Positions 42,048 to 54,271 are shown, counted from the first letter of the stretch. The stretch: DNA of 64,000 nucleotides from Ignavibacteriota bacterium (GCA_963776275.1 CAVZMI010000021.1:64001-128000); one strand, 5' to 3'. Notes: generated by a model from the letters alone, not told the origin. Program-made: numbers and translations.

Positions 42048-43075
42048 TGGCTACAAAACAAATTGTCGAATGCGTCCCTAATTTTAGTGAAGGACAGAAT
42101 GCCGATACCATCAACGCAATCGCTGATGCAATCCGCCGTGTCCCCGGCGTCAAGTTACTCAATCTCGAACCGAATGCCGATTATAACCGGACAGTCGTGA
42201 CTTTCATCGGCGACCCTGAAGGTATTGTCGAGGCGGCATTTCAGGCTACAAAAGTTGCTGCAGAGCGGATCGATATGAGGGCACATAAAGGTGAACATCC
42301 ACGGCTGGGAGCCGCCGACGTCGTGCCATTTATTCCTATCATCGGTTTAACGATGCGCGATTGTGTAGAACTTGCAAACAGCTATGGTGAACGTGTGGCA
42401 AAGAAATTGAATATTCCGGTGTATCTATATGAGGAAGCCGCCCGGATTCCCGAACGGAAAAACCTCGCAACCGTACGCAAGGGAGAATATGAAGGACTTC
42501 CCGAAAAACTCCGCGACCCGAATTGGAAACCGGATTTTGGTGAGGCACAATTCAATCCGAAATCGGGAGCGACTGTGACCGGTGCCCGTACTTTTTTAAT
42601 TGCATACAACGTCAATCTCAACACAAACAACCAGAGCTATGCCCATGAGATTGCACTGAGGATTCGCGAAAGCGGCCGTCCGTTGAAGGATGAGCATGGA
42701 CAAATTGTGAAAGATGCTCATGGAAATACCGTCAATATTCCGGGATCATTAAAATCGGTAAAAGCAATCGGAGTCTTTCTCGAAAAATATAGCATTGCCC
42801 AGGTATCGATTAATCTTACAAATTATGAAATCACTCCTCCTCATGTCGCCTTCGAAGAAGTCTCAAAGCATGCACAAAAGCTGGGTATACAGACCAATGG
42901 AAGTGAAATCGTTGGATTAACACCAAAGGCTGCCCTGATACTCGCCGGACAGTTTTATTCACAGGGCAATCTGTTTCAGGAGGACCAATTAATCGATTTA
43001 GCAATCAAACGACTTGGATTGAGCCAGCTTGAACCGTTTGATCCACATAAAAAAATCATCGAATTTTTATTATAA
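42047..43075 (+). CDS. ftcD: glutamate formimidoyltransferase
   Basis: VECVPNFSEG, NRTVVT, HKGEHPRLGAADVVPF, GAR..LIAYNVNL, QVSIN. Confidence 0.94.
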   Translation: MATKQIVECVPNFSEGQNADTINAIADAIRRVPGVKLLNLEPNADYNRTVVTFIGDPEGIVEAAFQATKVAAERIDMRAHKGEHPRLGAADVVPFIPIIGLTMRDCVELANSYGERVAKKLNIPVYLYEEAARIPERKNLATVRKGEYEGLPEKLRDPNWKPDFGEAQFNPKSGATVTGARTFLIAYNVNLNTNNQSYAHEIALRIRESGRPLKDEHGQIVKDAHGNTVNIPGSLKSVKAIGVFLEKYSIAQVSINLTNYEITPPHVAFEEVSKHAQKLGIQTNGSEIVGLTPKAALILAGQFYSQGNLFQEDQLIDLAIKRLGLSQLEPFDPHKKIIEFLL

Positions 43076-43113
43076 AGATAATCCCACATCCACTATTAAA
43101 GACACATTAGACT

Positions 43114-43743
43114 ATGCTGACAGAACAACGAATTACCCAATTTCTCGATGAACTCTCATCGAATTCAGCTGCCCCGGGCGGCGGAAGTGTTGCTGCGCTC
43201 GCCGGCGCACTTGGTGCAGCCCTCACCTCAATGGTCTGCTCATTGACGATCGGAAAGAAAAAGTACGAAGCTGTCGATGCAGAAATGCAAAAAGTTCTTG
43301 ACCAGGCCGAAATTCTGCGGGCAAAATTTACAGAGCTCTTAGATAAAGATTCGGATGCTTTCACGAAAGTCATGGAAGCAATGAATCTGCCGAAAGAGAA
43401 TGACCAGCAGAAGGCTCTCCATTCAGCGGCGGTTCAGGCCGCAACGAAAGAGGCTGCTTTTCTTCCATTAACCATAATGCGGCATTGTATCGACGCACTG
43501 GCACTAACAAAAATTGTAGCAACCAAAGGAACTACAAGTGCCGTCGGAGATGCCGGTGTTTCAGCACTTATGCTCCAGGCAGCATGTGACGGTGCAGCGT
43601 TGAATGTCCGCCTCAATCTGGGTATGATCAAAGATGTGGAGTTTGTCGGTTGGACATCGAAAGAAGTGGAATCGCTCCAGCGGACATGCGAGAAAATGAG
43701 CCAGGAAATCCTCGCACACGTTGGTAAAGTGTTCATGCAATAA
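43114..43743 (+). CDS. formimidoyl-THF cyclodeaminase/cyclohydrolase family protein
   Basis: FLDELSS..APGGGSVAALAGA...MV..LTIGKKKY...NVRLNL. Confidence 0.92.
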   Translation: MLTEQRITQFLDELSSNSAAPGGGSVAALAGALGAALTSMVCSLTIGKKKYEAVDAEMQKVLDQAEILRAKFTELLDKDSDAFTKVMEAMNLPKENDQQKALHSAAVQAATKEAAFLPLTIMRHCIDALALTKIVATKGTTSAVGDAGVSALMLQAACDGAALNVRLNLGMIKDVEFVGWTSKEVESLQRTCEKMSQEILAHVGKVFMQ

Positions 43744-43838
43744 AAATTATGCCATTGTAATTCTATTTCCTTACAGGTCGGCGACCTCTACGCTTGATAG
43801 CCATTTTCACAGTCTCTGTATCTCTAACGTTGGGATTC

Positions 43839-44558
43839 TCAGTGGGTTGATGAAAGAATCAGGCTTGCCGCTACAACCGCTGCTGTTTCACTACGCAACC
43901 GCCGCTGACCGAGCGACACGGGAACAAATCCCGCCGCCATCGCCTGCCGGACTTCTTCTTCGGTAAATCCTCCTTCCGGTCCGATACAAACAATCGCAGA
44001 TGAGGCACCGGCGTTTTTATTCATGACGGAAAGAATATTCGTCGAATTTTCGACGGCTTCGTAAGCGATAAGTTTCACTCCGAAATGAGAGGATGCCGCG
44101 AGCATTGTTTCGAACTGTTGTATTAATGAAACGGAAGGAAGGATTGTGCGGCACGATTGTTTCATAGCGGCAAGAACGATATTGTTCCACCTGTTGATTT
44201 TCACTTTATGGGAGATGACTCGTGATGTATGAAGGGGAATGAATGTCTCAACTCCAATCTCGGTACACTTCTCAACGGCTAATTCCATCCGTGACGGATT
44301 CTTCAGCAAGCCGATCGCCAGAGTTAAACGGAGTGATGACTCATGATAATTTTTCTGAACATCAACGATGCGGGCAACTGCAAAATCGTTTTCAATTTGG
44401 GCGATGGTTGTCCTGTACAAATTCCCTGCTCCATCCGTCACCATTACTTCGTCGCCGATTCGTTTTCGCAACACACGGGTACAATGATGAAATTCATCAG
44501 CCCGAAGGATAACCGTTGTGATTGAGCAATCTGCCGGGGCCGTATAAAAGAGATCCAT
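43839..44558 (-). CDS. rsmE: 16S rRNA m3U1498 methyltransferase
   Basis: HHCTRVLR, EKCTEIGV, AAMKQS, IGPEGGF, SLGQRRLRSETA; start reset to ATG at 44558. Confidence 0.95.
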   Translation of the reverse strand: MDLFYTAPADCSITTVILRADEFHHCTRVLRKRIGDEVMVTDGAGNLYRTTIAQIENDFAVARIVDVQKNYHESSLRLTLAIGLLKNPSRMELAVEKCTEIGVETFIPLHTSRVISHKVKINRWNNIVLAAMKQSCRTILPSVSLIQQFETMLAASSHFGVKLIAYEAVENSTNILSVMNKNAGASSAIVCIGPEGGFTEEEVRQAMAAGFVPVSLGQRRLRSETAAVVAASLILSSTH

Positions 44559-44559
44559 G

Positions 44560-45906
44560 TTACAAAGCTGCTCCAAGGTCGAAGATAAATTGTGATTGTC
44601 CGTGTTCATCGAATCCGATTTCCGACCTGAAAATTATGCTGTAGGGAAGGAGCAGGTGAATCCCACCGCCGTATCCCCTCGTAAATCGTGGAAGGGCTAT
44701 AGACGATCCATGATACCAGACCTGTCCTGCATCCGCGAACACCGCTGCGACAATACCAAACCGCCACGTGGCAAATTGCGCGATCGGGACGTTCGAAACT
44801 TTGAAAAATATCGGATTCAATATTGGTACATGGATTTCGGCCGTTCCTCCGAGGATCGATTCGCCTTCCATAATATTTTTGAAATGTCCGCGGATTCGTT
44901 CTGCATACCCGAAATACTTATGATCATACAGAGGAACCGTACCGCCGGTTGCAATATTGATGAATCCCCTCAATCCCAACGATGCAAATGGTCCCGATTC
45001 ATCAAGGTAAATCGGGAAAAACCTGCGTACATCTGCATTCATCCGCCAATAATCAATCACTGACCCGAGTCCTTTTTTAATAATGTCAACCTCAAGATAT
45101 GATCCCATCCGTGGATATTCTGTGAGATCTCGTGTATCGTAGAAACCACCGACCTGAATAGCAAAATATCTATCTGTCCCATCGGGTGAAATCGTTCGTC
45201 CCTCGCCCGGGGCCGAAACGTTTACCGTCGCATATGACAGTTGGAACCATAACGCCGATGAATTACCAAATCGCCTTCCTATCTGGCATTCGGCGACATA
45301 TTGTCGCTCATCATATTCCTGTCCAAGTAGCTGCGCCTGCACACTTTTATTTCTCACCTGTGCGATAGCAGCCTGGACTGTGAGAAAAACGTTTCCGTCA
45401 GAGTCGAACCGGGGATTTTTATACGTCACCTGAGCAAAGGGATCGTATCCCAACACGAATGCTCCGTACAATTTCTGATTTTCACCCAGAAAATTATCAT
45501 GAAGAACAGCCAGTCCGTAGTACAATCTCGACCACTCTCTATCCTTGATTCCCAAGATGGGAATCGGAAAAATATACCACCGTTCATCGACATCGATATG
45601 GAGGAGAACAGCGTTGCTGTCGATCGGAACAGGTTCAATATCAACGCGATTAAAAAGCCGGAGACTGAAAATTCGATTCTTATCATATTCAAGCGCTTCG
45701 AATGTGACAGTGTCTCCGATATGGAGCGCCATCTCACGGGTAATGATATAGTCTTTTGTCTTCTTATTCCCCGTTATTATAATTCCCCGGATGATCGAAT
45801 TGGGCGGATACTTGGCAACAGCAAGAGTGTCATCGCATGCTGCGATTGCACCAAGAGGAATACACAAAAAAAATATGATGCTGAGAAATTTCACTAATGT
45901 CTCCAC
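44560..45906 (-). CDS. Omp85/BamA-TamA family outer-membrane protein with a single POTRA
   Basis: ITGNKKTKDYIITRE..LF POTRA, IRG lid motif, FADAGQVW, GYGGG, terminal FDLGAAL. Confidence 0.85.
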   Translation of the reverse strand: METLVKFLSIIFFLCIPLGAIAACDDTLAVAKYPPNSIIRGIIITGNKKTKDYIITREMALHIGDTVTFEALEYDKNRIFSLRLFNRVDIEPVPIDSNAVLLHIDVDERWYIFPIPILGIKDREWSRLYYGLAVLHDNFLGENQKLYGAFVLGYDPFAQVTYKNPRFDSDGNVFLTVQAAIAQVRNKSVQAQLLGQEYDERQYVAECQIGRRFGNSSALWFQLSYATVNVSAPGEGRTISPDGTDRYFAIQVGGFYDTRDLTEYPRMGSYLEVDIIKKGLGSVIDYWRMNADVRRFFPIYLDESGPFASLGLRGFINIATGGTVPLYDHKYFGYAERIRGHFKNIMEGESILGGTAEIHVPILNPIFFKVSNVPIAQFATWRFGIVAAVFADAGQVWYHGSSIALPRFTRGYGGGIHLLLPYSIIFRSEIGFDEHGQSQFIFDLGAAL

Positions 45907-45960
45907 ACTACAATTTTTCCAAAGCTACCTACCGGTGTTAGCGTTTAATGCAGAATATCG

Positions 45961-46371
45961 TCAACGCACTAGCCGGCGGTATTCAATAGCAATACAGTGA
46001 TCCATAACGACATCCATCCCTGCGTTTACTGCACGTTCTGCGGCTTCTTCATTTACCACTCCCAGCTGACACCAGAGAACACGCGCCCGGATTGCAATTG
46101 CATCGTCCACAATTGGTAATAATACATCAGGACGACGAAAGACATCAACAACGTCAATCGATACAGGAAGGTGTTGCAATGTGGGATAGCAGCGTTGATT
46201 GTCGATTTCTGTATAGGATGGATTAACCGGAAAAACCGTATATCCCTGTTCACGGAGGAAACGCGCAATATTTCCACTATCACGCCATGGTTTCGGCGAC
46301 GCGCCGACAACAGCAATGGATCTGGCTGTTTTCAATATCTCACGAATTTTTTCATCGTCATCCACCCGCAT
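45961..46371 (-). CDS. CoA-binding protein (YccU-like)
   Basis: IAVVGAS.KPWRDS..PVNP..DVVDVFR..WCQLG..MDHC. Confidence 0.92.
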   Translation of the reverse strand: MRVDDDEKIREILKTARSIAVVGASPKPWRDSGNIARFLREQGYTVFPVNPSYTEIDNQRCYPTLQHLPVSIDVVDVFRRPDVLLPIVDDAIAIRARVLWCQLGVVNEEAAERAVNAGMDVVMDHCIAIEYRRLVR

Positions 46372-46386
46372 GTCTTACCCCGCCAC

Positions 46387-47832
46387 CTATTCCTTATAAC
46401 GTACATTTACCTGTCGTGCAGCAAGTGCATCATCAAGTTTCCCGACAGGTGTGCTGTGAGGTGCTGAAACCACCACATCCGGGTGCTCTGTAATCTCCTC
46501 ATCGATTTTTATCAGGGCGTCGGCAAATGCATCCAGTGTTTCTTTCGTCTCGGTTTCCGTCGGTTCGATCATAAGCGCTTCATGAACAATCAGGGGAAAA
46601 TACGTCGTAGGCGCATGAAAACCGTAATCGAGGAGTCGTTTCGCAATATGCATCGCGTTTGCCCCTCTCTCTTTTTGCCGATCGGCAGAGAGAACGAACT
46701 CGTGCATTGTCGGTTCACGATATGGAACCTCGAACACATTATTTAATTTACTTAGAAGGTAATTTGCATTAATAATCGCATTCTCGGAGTTGGCACGGAG
46801 TCCTTCAGCACCATGCATCCGAATATAGGTGTACGCCCGGACCATCATGCCGAAGTTACCCGTGAATGAATGTATTTTTCCTATGGAATCGGGGCGATCC
46901 CAGTTCATCCCGAAAAATATTTCTTTCTTTTCGACGATCGGCACGGGAAAGAACGGAGCAAGGCGATCGTTAACCGCAACGGGACCGGAACCGGGGCCCC
47001 CTCCACCGTGGGGCGTCGAAAAAGTCTTATGCAGGTTGAGATGCATGCAATCAAAACCGATATCACCCGGGCGAACAATGCCGATGAGCGCATTCAGATT
47101 TGCACCATCCATGTACAGTAATGCTCCGACATCATGAACGAGCGTACTGATCCGGAAGATGTCTTTTTCAAAGATTCCCAGAGTGTTCGGATTGGTGAGC
47201 ATCAAGGCGGCGACATCATCATCCAGATTTCTTTTCAGATCTTCGATGTCCACCGTGCCGTGGGCATTTGATTTCACACTGACCGTTTTGTATCCTGCAA
47301 TTGCTGCACTCGCGGGATTCGTACCATGGGCCGAATCGGGTGCAAGAATTTTTGTTCTGCGTCGTCCCTGTTTCATATGATATGCACGAATCAGGAGAAT
47401 TCCCGTCAATTCCCCGTGAGCGCCGGCCGCCGGTTGCAGCGTAATGGCGCTCATCCCACAAATTTCTTTGAGATATTCACCGAGATTGTACATCAATTCA
47501 AGAGCTCCCTGCACAGTTCTTTCAGGCTGCAGCGGATGAAGATCGCGAAATGAGGTCATTCCTGCGGCAACTTCATTCACCTTCGGATTATACTTCATTG
47601 TGCAGGACCCGAGCGGATAGAACCCCTTGTCAATATGATAATTCATTGTTGAGAGTCGTACAAAGTGTCTGACGACTTCACTCTCACTGATCTCAGGAAG
47701 CGCGGCCGCTTGTCTCCGTAGAAATTCTTGAGGGATCAGGACATCCAATGGCTGCTCTTTTATATCGAGTTTCGGAAGTGTATACCCTTTTCGTCCGGGT
47801 TTACTCTTCTCAAACAGAAGTTGTTCTGGCAT
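46387..47832 (-). CDS. gcvPB: glycine dehydrogenase (decarboxylating) subunit 2
   Basis: [48 protein letters not shown]. Confidence 0.96.
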   Translation of the reverse strand: MPEQLLFEKSKPGRKGYTLPKLDIKEQPLDVLIPQEFLRRQAAALPEISESEVVRHFVRLSTMNYHIDKGFYPLGSCTMKYNPKVNEVAAGMTSFRDLHPLQPERTVQGALELMYNLGEYLKEICGMSAITLQPAAGAHGELTGILLIRAYHMKQGRRRTKILAPDSAHGTNPASAAIAGYKTVSVKSNAHGTVDIEDLKRNLDDDVAALMLTNPNTLGIFEKDIFRISTLVHDVGALLYMDGANLNALIGIVRPGDIGFDCMHLNLHKTFSTPHGGGGPGSGPVAVNDRLAPFFPVPIVEKKEIFFGMNWDRPDSIGKIHSFTGNFGMMVRAYTYIRMHGAEGLRANSENAIINANYLLSKLNNVFEVPYREPTMHEFVLSADRQKERGANAMHIAKRLLDYGFHAPTTYFPLIVHEALMIEPTETETKETLDAFADALIKIDEEITEHPDVVVSAPHSTPVGKLDDALAARQVNVRYKE

Positions 47833-47878
47833 AGAAATCGAAAAAAATCAATGGTTGTTGGATTTAACCGATGACGGA

Positions 47879-48664
47879 TTATTCGCCGCGAAGTATATGT
47901 TCAAGTCCTTGTTCGGCTGCCTGTTGTTCTGCTTCCTTTTTACTTCGCCCGGAACCGCGGCCGATGCATTCTTCTGCGAGCGTCACCTCAACGGTGAAAA
48001 TTCTATCATGATCCGGACCTTCTTCTTTCACTATTCCATATCGGGGAATTCCATACCCGTGACCCTGGGCATATTCAAGCAGCATGCTTTTATAATTGTC
48101 ATCCGAGGTACTGAGAATGCCCTTTTTAACAGCGGCAAGCACCTGTCTCTCAACAAACTTCCGGGCTTCTTCGAAAGAGCTGTCGAGATAAATTGCAGCA
48201 ATAATTGCCTCATAGGCATTGGCCAGAATGGAATCGTTTCCCTTCTTGACAGCCTGTTCGGCACTCGTGCTCATAAACATATACTTATTCAATTCCAGTT
48301 CCCGGGCATACACTACGAGTGCTTTTCTATTGACGAGGCGTGATCGAATTTTGGTCAGTTCCCCTTCCTCGGCATTCTGATATCGGTCGAATAAATATTT
48401 CCCGACGATAAGATCAAGGATCGAGTCGCCGAGAAACTCAAGTCGCTCATTTGATACCCGCTGATGGGGTTTACTCTGGTATTGAAGAAACGAACGATGA
48501 AGGAGTGCTTCGAGGAACAGTTTTTCATTCCGAATCCTGTAGCCGATGATTTTCTGGAAGTTTTCGAAATCGAACGCCTTAAAGCGTTCATCATCAAATA
48601 ATGGATTTGCACCACCTGGTTCGGGAGTTTTCAACCATGCGATGATTTTTTGCAGCAAATTCAT
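47879..48664 (-). CDS. rnc: ribonuclease III
   Basis: SNERLEFLGDSIL, ANAYEAIIAAIYLD, C-terminal dsRBD; start reset to ATG at 48664. Confidence 0.96.
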   Translation of the reverse strand: MNLLQKIIAWLKTPEPGGANPLFDDERFKAFDFENFQKIIGYRIRNEKLFLEALLHRSFLQYQSKPHQRVSNERLEFLGDSILDLIVGKYLFDRYQNAEEGELTKIRSRLVNRKALVVYARELELNKYMFMSTSAEQAVKKGNDSILANAYEAIIAAIYLDSSFEEARKFVERQVLAAVKKGILSTSDDNYKSMLLEYAQGHGYGIPRYGIVKEEGPDHDRIFTVEVTLAEECIGRGSGRSKKEAEQQAAEQGLEHILRGE

Positions 48665-48671
48665 AAAGAAT

Positions 48672-49917
48672 TTATTCCCGATATTTCTTGAACAGGAGTG
48701 TTGCATTATGTCCGCCAAATCCAAACGTATTGCTCAAGGCGACATTCACAGTGCGTTTTACAGGAACATTGGGAGTATAGTTCAGATCACATTCCGGATC
48801 GGGAAATTCATAATTTATTGTCGGTGGGACTTCGTCATTGACAACCGCAAGAATAGATGCTATTGCTTCCACGGCTCCTGCTGCGCCAAGGAGATGGCCG
48901 GTCATCGATTTTGTCGAGCTTACATTGAGTGCCCGTGCGTATTCACCGAAGGCGGTCTTAATAGCGGCGGTCTCACTAATATCGCCCGGTGGTGTAGAAG
49001 TACCATGAACGTTGATATAATCGACGGCGGATGGTTCGATTCCGGCATCACGAAGTGACGCGCACATGGATCGTACCGCCCCTTCGCCCCCGGGAGCAGG
49101 AGCAGTCACGTGATGCGCATCGGCAGTAAATCCAATCCCAGCCAATTCGGCATAAATCCGTGCACCGCGCGCTCTGGCATGACCTAGTTCTTCAAGAATT
49201 ATTGTGCCGGCACCCTCTCCCATGACGAACCCATCGCGTTTTTTATCAAACGGACGGCTTGCTTTTTCAGGAGCATCATTCCGTGTTGAAAGAGCTTTCA
49301 TCTGATTAAAACCGCCGAGTCCCATCGGCGTAATGGAAGCTTCCGCACCTCCGCACACGATAATATCGGCATCTCCATATTGGATTGTGCGGAGTGCATC
49401 ACCGATTGCATGCGATGACGTCGCGCATGCTGAGACTGTTGCATAGTTACGGACCTTTCAATCCATATTTGATCGAAATAACCCCGCACGCGATGTCAGG
49501 AATCAACATCGGGATAAAAAACGGACTGATACGGCTGGGGCCGCCTGCTATGAAATTTCTGAATTGAGCATCGAAGGTAATCATTCCACCGATACCCGAT
49601 CCATATATGACTCCGATACGATCACGATCGAGCGTGTCGAGCTTGAGACCGGCATCAGCAATTGCCATGTCGGTTGCGATCACTGCATACTGGGTAAAAG
49701 GATCCATTCGTTGCACGGATTTGCGATCGAGGTAATCCGATGCTTTAAATCCTTTCAGTTCGCATGCAAAGTGCGTATCGAAGATTGAGGGATCAAAATA
49801 CGTAATGGGGGCGGCACCACTGACTCCTGCAAGAAGGTTCTTCCAGAACTCTCGAACATTGAGTCCTATGGGTGTTAATGTACCCATTCCTGTAACAACA
49901 ACCTGGCGTTTGTTCAT
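48672..49917 (-). CDS. fabF: beta-ketoacyl-ACP synthase II (+1 frameshift at ~49449)
   Basis: VVVTGMG; KGP/NYA junction with one extra base; [35 protein letters not shown]. Confidence 0.95.
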
Positions 49918-49987
49918 TTGAAAGTCCCCATTATGTTGTAGTACCGCACCCTCACTCTATGAAAAAAGGAAAAAACCACAAAGGAAA

Positions 49988-50224
49988 TTATGCAACTTTC
50001 CCTTTTAGGTAATTGACAGCATCACCGACAGTAGCGATTTTTTCTGCATCTTCGTCGGGTATCTGCAGATTGAATGATTTCTCGAATTCCATGACCAGTT
50101 CAACTGTATCCAGCGAATCCGCCCCCAGATCATTCGTAAACGAAGCCTGCAATGTTACCTGAGCTTCATCAACACCAAGCTTGTTAACTATAATTTCCTT
50201 CACTTTTGCTTCAACATCGGCCAT
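49988..50224 (-). CDS. acpP: acyl carrier protein
   Basis: [17 protein letters not shown]. Confidence 0.98.
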   Translation of the reverse strand: MADVEAKVKEIIVNKLGVDEAQVTLQASFTNDLGADSLDTVELVMEFEKSFNLQIPDEDAEKIATVGDAVNYLKGKVA

Positions 50225-50297
50225 TGGAAAATCTCCTTCGAGGTGATTGATAGTTGTTTAACATGATCTATAATAATTAGTGGCGGTCTGAAGTACT

Positions 50298-51044
50298 TTA
50301 CATTACCAGACCGCCATCGACACAAACCAATTGTCCTGTAATATAACTCGCCGCCGGTGAAGCAAGAAAGAGCACGACGCTGGCGACTTCTTCAGGCTGG
50401 GCCATTCGTTTCATCGGAACCGGAGTGAGAAGTGTCTCACGTTGTTGCGGCGTTAATTTTCTCGTCATATCGGTCTCAATGACACCGGGCGCGACTGCAT
50501 TGACCTGAATATTCCGCGACGCCAGCTCTTTTGCCAGTGTTTTTGTGATACCGATGACACCGGCTTTCGAAGCCGAATAATTCACCTGTCCTGCATTTCC
50601 GACAACGCCGGCAATTGAAGAAATGTTGATGATCTTACCTTCACGTTGTCCGATCATCTGCCGGGCAACAGCTTTGCAGTAGTTAAATACTCCCTTCAGG
50701 TTTGTTCCGATCACCGCATCCCAATCGTCCTCCGACATACGAACCAGCAAATTATCGCGTGTGATGCCGGCATTGTTTATTAAAACATCGATCCGTTGAA
50801 ATTCTTTTACCACAATGTCGACTGCCTGTTGCGTTGATGCATAATCCCTTACATCCGATTGAAGCGCAAGGGCTTTAACTTCTTTTGAGCGGATTTCCTG
50901 CAACGTTATATCTGCGGCATCGCCGAGCACGATATCTGTAAATGCAATATGTGCGCCTTCGGCTGCAAATGCCAATGAGATCGCTTTCCCGATGCCGCGA
51001 GCGCCACCCGTAACGAGTACAATTTTATTCTGAAATACTCCCAT
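50298..51044 (-). CDS. fabG: 3-oxoacyl-ACP reductase
   Basis: [21 protein letters not shown]; fab operon context. Confidence 0.96.
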   Translation of the reverse strand: MGVFQNKIVLVTGGARGIGKAISLAFAAEGAHIAFTDIVLGDAADITLQEIRSKEVKALALQSDVRDYASTQQAVDIVVKEFQRIDVLINNAGITRDNLLVRMSEDDWDAVIGTNLKGVFNYCKAVARQMIGQREGKIINISSIAGVVGNAGQVNYSASKAGVIGITKTLAKELASRNIQVNAVAPGVIETDMTRKLTPQQRETLLTPVPMKRMAQPEEVASVVLFLASPAASYITGQLVCVDGGLVM

Positions 51045-51222
51045 ATTCTAATCCCACTCTTCTCTTGTTATCTAAGATATCAAGTGACCTATAATCCGAC
51101 CTGCCAGTCTTGTATCTTTGAATATTAAGATATGCAAGTTCTTTTGCAAGTCTTTTTTATTACTCCGATAATATCTACTCATAATTTCCCACATAACCGA
51201 GAATAACTGCTGAAAAAGCTGT

Positions 51223-52139
51223 CTATCCTTTCGCTGCTTGATACTCTTGAAATGTATCAATTCCTGATATTTCGACAGCCGGGCTGATTCGTTTTACCAA
51301 TCCTTGAAGCACTTTTCCAGGTCCGACCTCGATGAATCGCGTTGCTCCGTTTTCCACCATTAAACGAATCGATTCTTCCCACCGCACCGGATTAAGTAAT
51401 TGACGGTAGAGAAGATCGCGGATTTCTTCCGCCGCTTTCACCGGCTGTGCTGTAACATTTGCATAGACAGGAATTTCAATATCAAAAATTTTTATCGTCG
51501 CGAGCGCTTTTCGTAATCCGTCACCTGCGCTCTGCATCAGCTGTGAATGAAATGCACCGCTGACAACCAGCTCTTTCGCCATTTTCGCACCGCGCCCCTT
51601 TGCCAGTTCCATCGATTTTCGTACACCAGGTATTGACCCTGAAACGACAACCTGTTCCGGTGAATTAAAATTTGCAGGTTGTACAATTCCTGCCACGCTT
51701 GCTTCCCGGCATATATCTTCGATTACATATCCTTCGAGTCCGATAATCGCAGCCATTGTTCCCGGGTGTTCCTCGCCGGCACGTTGCATCAACTCGCCTC
51801 GCAAACGGACAAGCCTCAGACCATCTTCGAATGACATCGCCCCGGAGCACACCAGTGCTGAATACTCACCAAGCGAATGTCCCGCCACCATCGCAGGACG
51901 GTACTGCTGAAGAAGCTTTGTCAGAACAACGCTGTGTAAAAAGATCGCCGGTTGTGTATTTTTCGTCCGTCGTAACTCTTCTTCCGTCCGTTAAAACAAA
52001 TTGAGCTTAATGAAATACCGAGTATATCATCGGCTTTTTGAAAAAGTTCTTTTGCGAGCGGGTGTTGCTCATAGAGATCTTTTCCCATTCCTACGTACTG
52101 GGAGCCCTGCCCCGGATACACAAATGCTGCGACACCCAT
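51223..52139 (-). CDS. fabD: malonyl-CoA:ACP transacylase (1-nt deletion near 51986)
   Basis: PGQGSQ..GMG, GHSLGEY, NFNS, SGAFHS, EVGPGKVL; frames join at the expected GPEEEL. Confidence 0.95.
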
Positions 52140-52149
52140 TAATTGTACC

Positions 52150-53154
52150 TTATTGTTTCAGGTCAAGAGACCAACGGAGAAGAGCGGCACCCCAAGTCCA
52201 CCCTGCACCGAAACTTGAGATAATTATTCGCTGTCCTTTCCGCAATTTCCCATTTTGCCACCATTCTGACAGACAGAGAGGAATTGTGGCGGCGGTGGTA
52301 TTTCCGTAACGGTCGATATTGACCATTACTTTTGACATTTCGAGTCCCATCCGCTCGGCCGTTGCCGTTAGAATCCGCATATTAGCCTGATGGGGAACCA
52401 GCCAGTCAATATCGGCGCTGGTGAGTCTGTTTCGCTTAAGGATTTCTACTGAGACGTCGGCCATTCCGACCACTGCAATTTTAAACACCGATTTTCCATC
52501 CTGATAGAGGTAGTGCCATCCCTTGTCGACGGTCTCGTGAGTTGCCGGATACAAGCTCCCTCCCCCTTTCAGATAGAGAAAGGGTGCTCCGGATCCGTCC
52601 GAGTAGAACTTATGGTCAATTAATCCGTATTGAAGATCTTCACTCGGCTCAAGAAGCACTGCTGCTGCTGCATCGCCGAATAAAATGCATGTGTTTCTAT
52701 CTGTATAGTCGGTCATGGAGCTCATTTTATCGGCGCCAACAACAACAACTTTTTTATATCTTCCATTTTCGATGAATTGCGCACCGACTACCAGTGCATA
52801 GATAAAACCGCAGCAGGCGGCTGACAGGTCGATACAAAATGCCTTCGACGCCCCGATTTTATTTTGAATTAAGCAGGATGTCGATGGAAACATCATGTCA
52901 GGAGAAATGGTCGCGACAATAAGAACTTCGATTTCCGATGGATCAAGGTTGCTGTTCTCCATCAACGATTGAAGAGCCTTTGCACCCATATCCGAGGTAC
53001 CGCCGTGTTCAAGGATATGCCGCTCCCGAATACCGGTGCGCGTTCGTATCCATTCATCGGAGGTATCAACCATTTTTTCAAGATCAAAATTTGTAAGAAT
53101 TTTATCGGGTACATAGTGTCCGATACCCGTAATTGTTGCACGAATGTTTCCCAT
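52150..53154 (-). CDS. fabH: beta-ketoacyl-ACP synthase III
   Basis: DTSDEWIRTRTGI, AAC, LFGDAA, PHQAN, GNTTAA, FGAG. Confidence 0.97.
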   Translation of the reverse strand: MGNIRATITGIGHYVPDKILTNFDLEKMVDTSDEWIRTRTGIRERHILEHGGTSDMGAKALQSLMENSNLDPSEIEVLIVATISPDMMFPSTSCLIQNKIGASKAFCIDLSAACCGFIYALVVGAQFIENGRYKKVVVVGADKMSSMTDYTDRNTCILFGDAAAAVLLEPSEDLQYGLIDHKFYSDGSGAPFLYLKGGGSLYPATHETVDKGWHYLYQDGKSVFKIAVVGMADVSVEILKRNRLTSADIDWLVPHQANMRILTATAERMGLEMSKVMVNIDRYGNTTAATIPLCLSEWWQNGKLRKGQRIIISSFGAGWTWGAALLRWSLDLKQ

Positions 53155-53170
53155 GAAAATCCTTCTATTA

Positions 53171-54181
53171 TTACGTAGCGAGTGCGTGTTGAATCTTTAT
53201 GTTTACCTGTTTAAGAACCATTTCTTCGGCTTTTAATATCATGTTTTTTATTGCCTTGGCGCTCGATTTCCCATGGCCGATAATGGTTACTCCATTGACA
53301 CCAAGAAGTGGAACGCCGCCATATTCCTGATAATCGAATTCCTTCAATACTTTTTTCAGAGTACCATAGGCAAAGGCAATACGTATTTTATTCCAGAGTG
53401 ATCCTTCTGCAAACATCTTCAGTTTTGCACGTAAGAGTTCGACCATCCCTTCAGCAAATTTTAAAACAACATTACCGACAAAACCGTCGCAGACCACAAC
53501 CTGGACATTACCTTTTAGGATGTCACGCCCTTCGATATTCCCGATAAAATTTAAACCGCTCTGTTCCAGCAGTTTGTATGCTTCAAGAGTGAGTTCATTT
53601 CCTTTATTTTTTTCTTCACCAAAACTTAAGAGTCCGATTCTTGGGTTTGGATAATGCAGAATTTCTTCCGCAAAAATACTTGCCATGATGCCAAATTCAC
53701 GGAGATGCTGAGGCCGGCAATCGACATTTGTCCCGGCATCTGTCAATAAACAATATCCTTTTTCTGACGGCAGCGTGGCGGCGATTGTTGGCCGCCCGAC
53801 TCCTTCGATACGTCCGAGGAGCAGTGTCGAAGCCGACATCACGGCACCAGTATGTCCTGCACTCACAAACGCATCGGCCTCGCCTGATTTATGCAATTGA
53901 AGTCCAACGGCAATCGATGATTGTTTTTTCGTACGTACGGGAGCAAGCGCATCGTCATCGAAATTTACCACTTCCGCAGCATGTTCGATCCGGATCGACT
54001 GCGACGGTCCGGGGTATTTCTGTAATTCGGTTGTTATTGCATTTTTATCACCGACAAGAATAACTTCGAACCGGTTTGCGGTTTGTCTAAGCGCATCGAG
54101 AGCTCCTTCTACAACGACATAAGGAGCGTGATCGCCTCCCATTGCATCAACAGCAATTCGTATTATACGACTTTTATTCAA
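53171..54181 (-). CDS. plsX: phosphate acyltransferase
   Basis: AVDAMGGDHAP, SAGHTGA, DAGTNVD, CDGFVGNV.LK, HGKS. Confidence 0.97.
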   Translation of the reverse strand: MNKSRIIRIAVDAMGGDHAPYVVVEGALDALRQTANRFEVILVGDKNAITTELQKYPGPSQSIRIEHAAEVVNFDDDALAPVRTKKQSSIAVGLQLHKSGEADAFVSAGHTGAVMSASTLLLGRIEGVGRPTIAATLPSEKGYCLLTDAGTNVDCRPQHLREFGIMASIFAEEILHYPNPRIGLLSFGEEKNKGNELTLEAYKLLEQSGLNFIGNIEGRDILKGNVQVVVCDGFVGNVVLKFAEGMVELLRAKLKMFAEGSLWNKIRIAFAYGTLKKVLKEFDYQEYGGVPLLGVNGVTIIGHGKSSAKAIKNMILKAEEMVLKQVNIKIQHALAT

Positions 54182-54271
54182 CGTCTGCCTAACCGGGTTA
54201 TTGGGGGTTGCATAAGATCATTCACGTTATTGATCCGTTCGTGTGATCACATGCGTCAAAGGAAATACATT

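Noticed and set aside
51045-51222. AT-rich 178-bp gap inside the fab operon (track ORF 51072-51260)
   Set aside because: No repeat, hairpin or domain was recognised; it may be an internal promoter.
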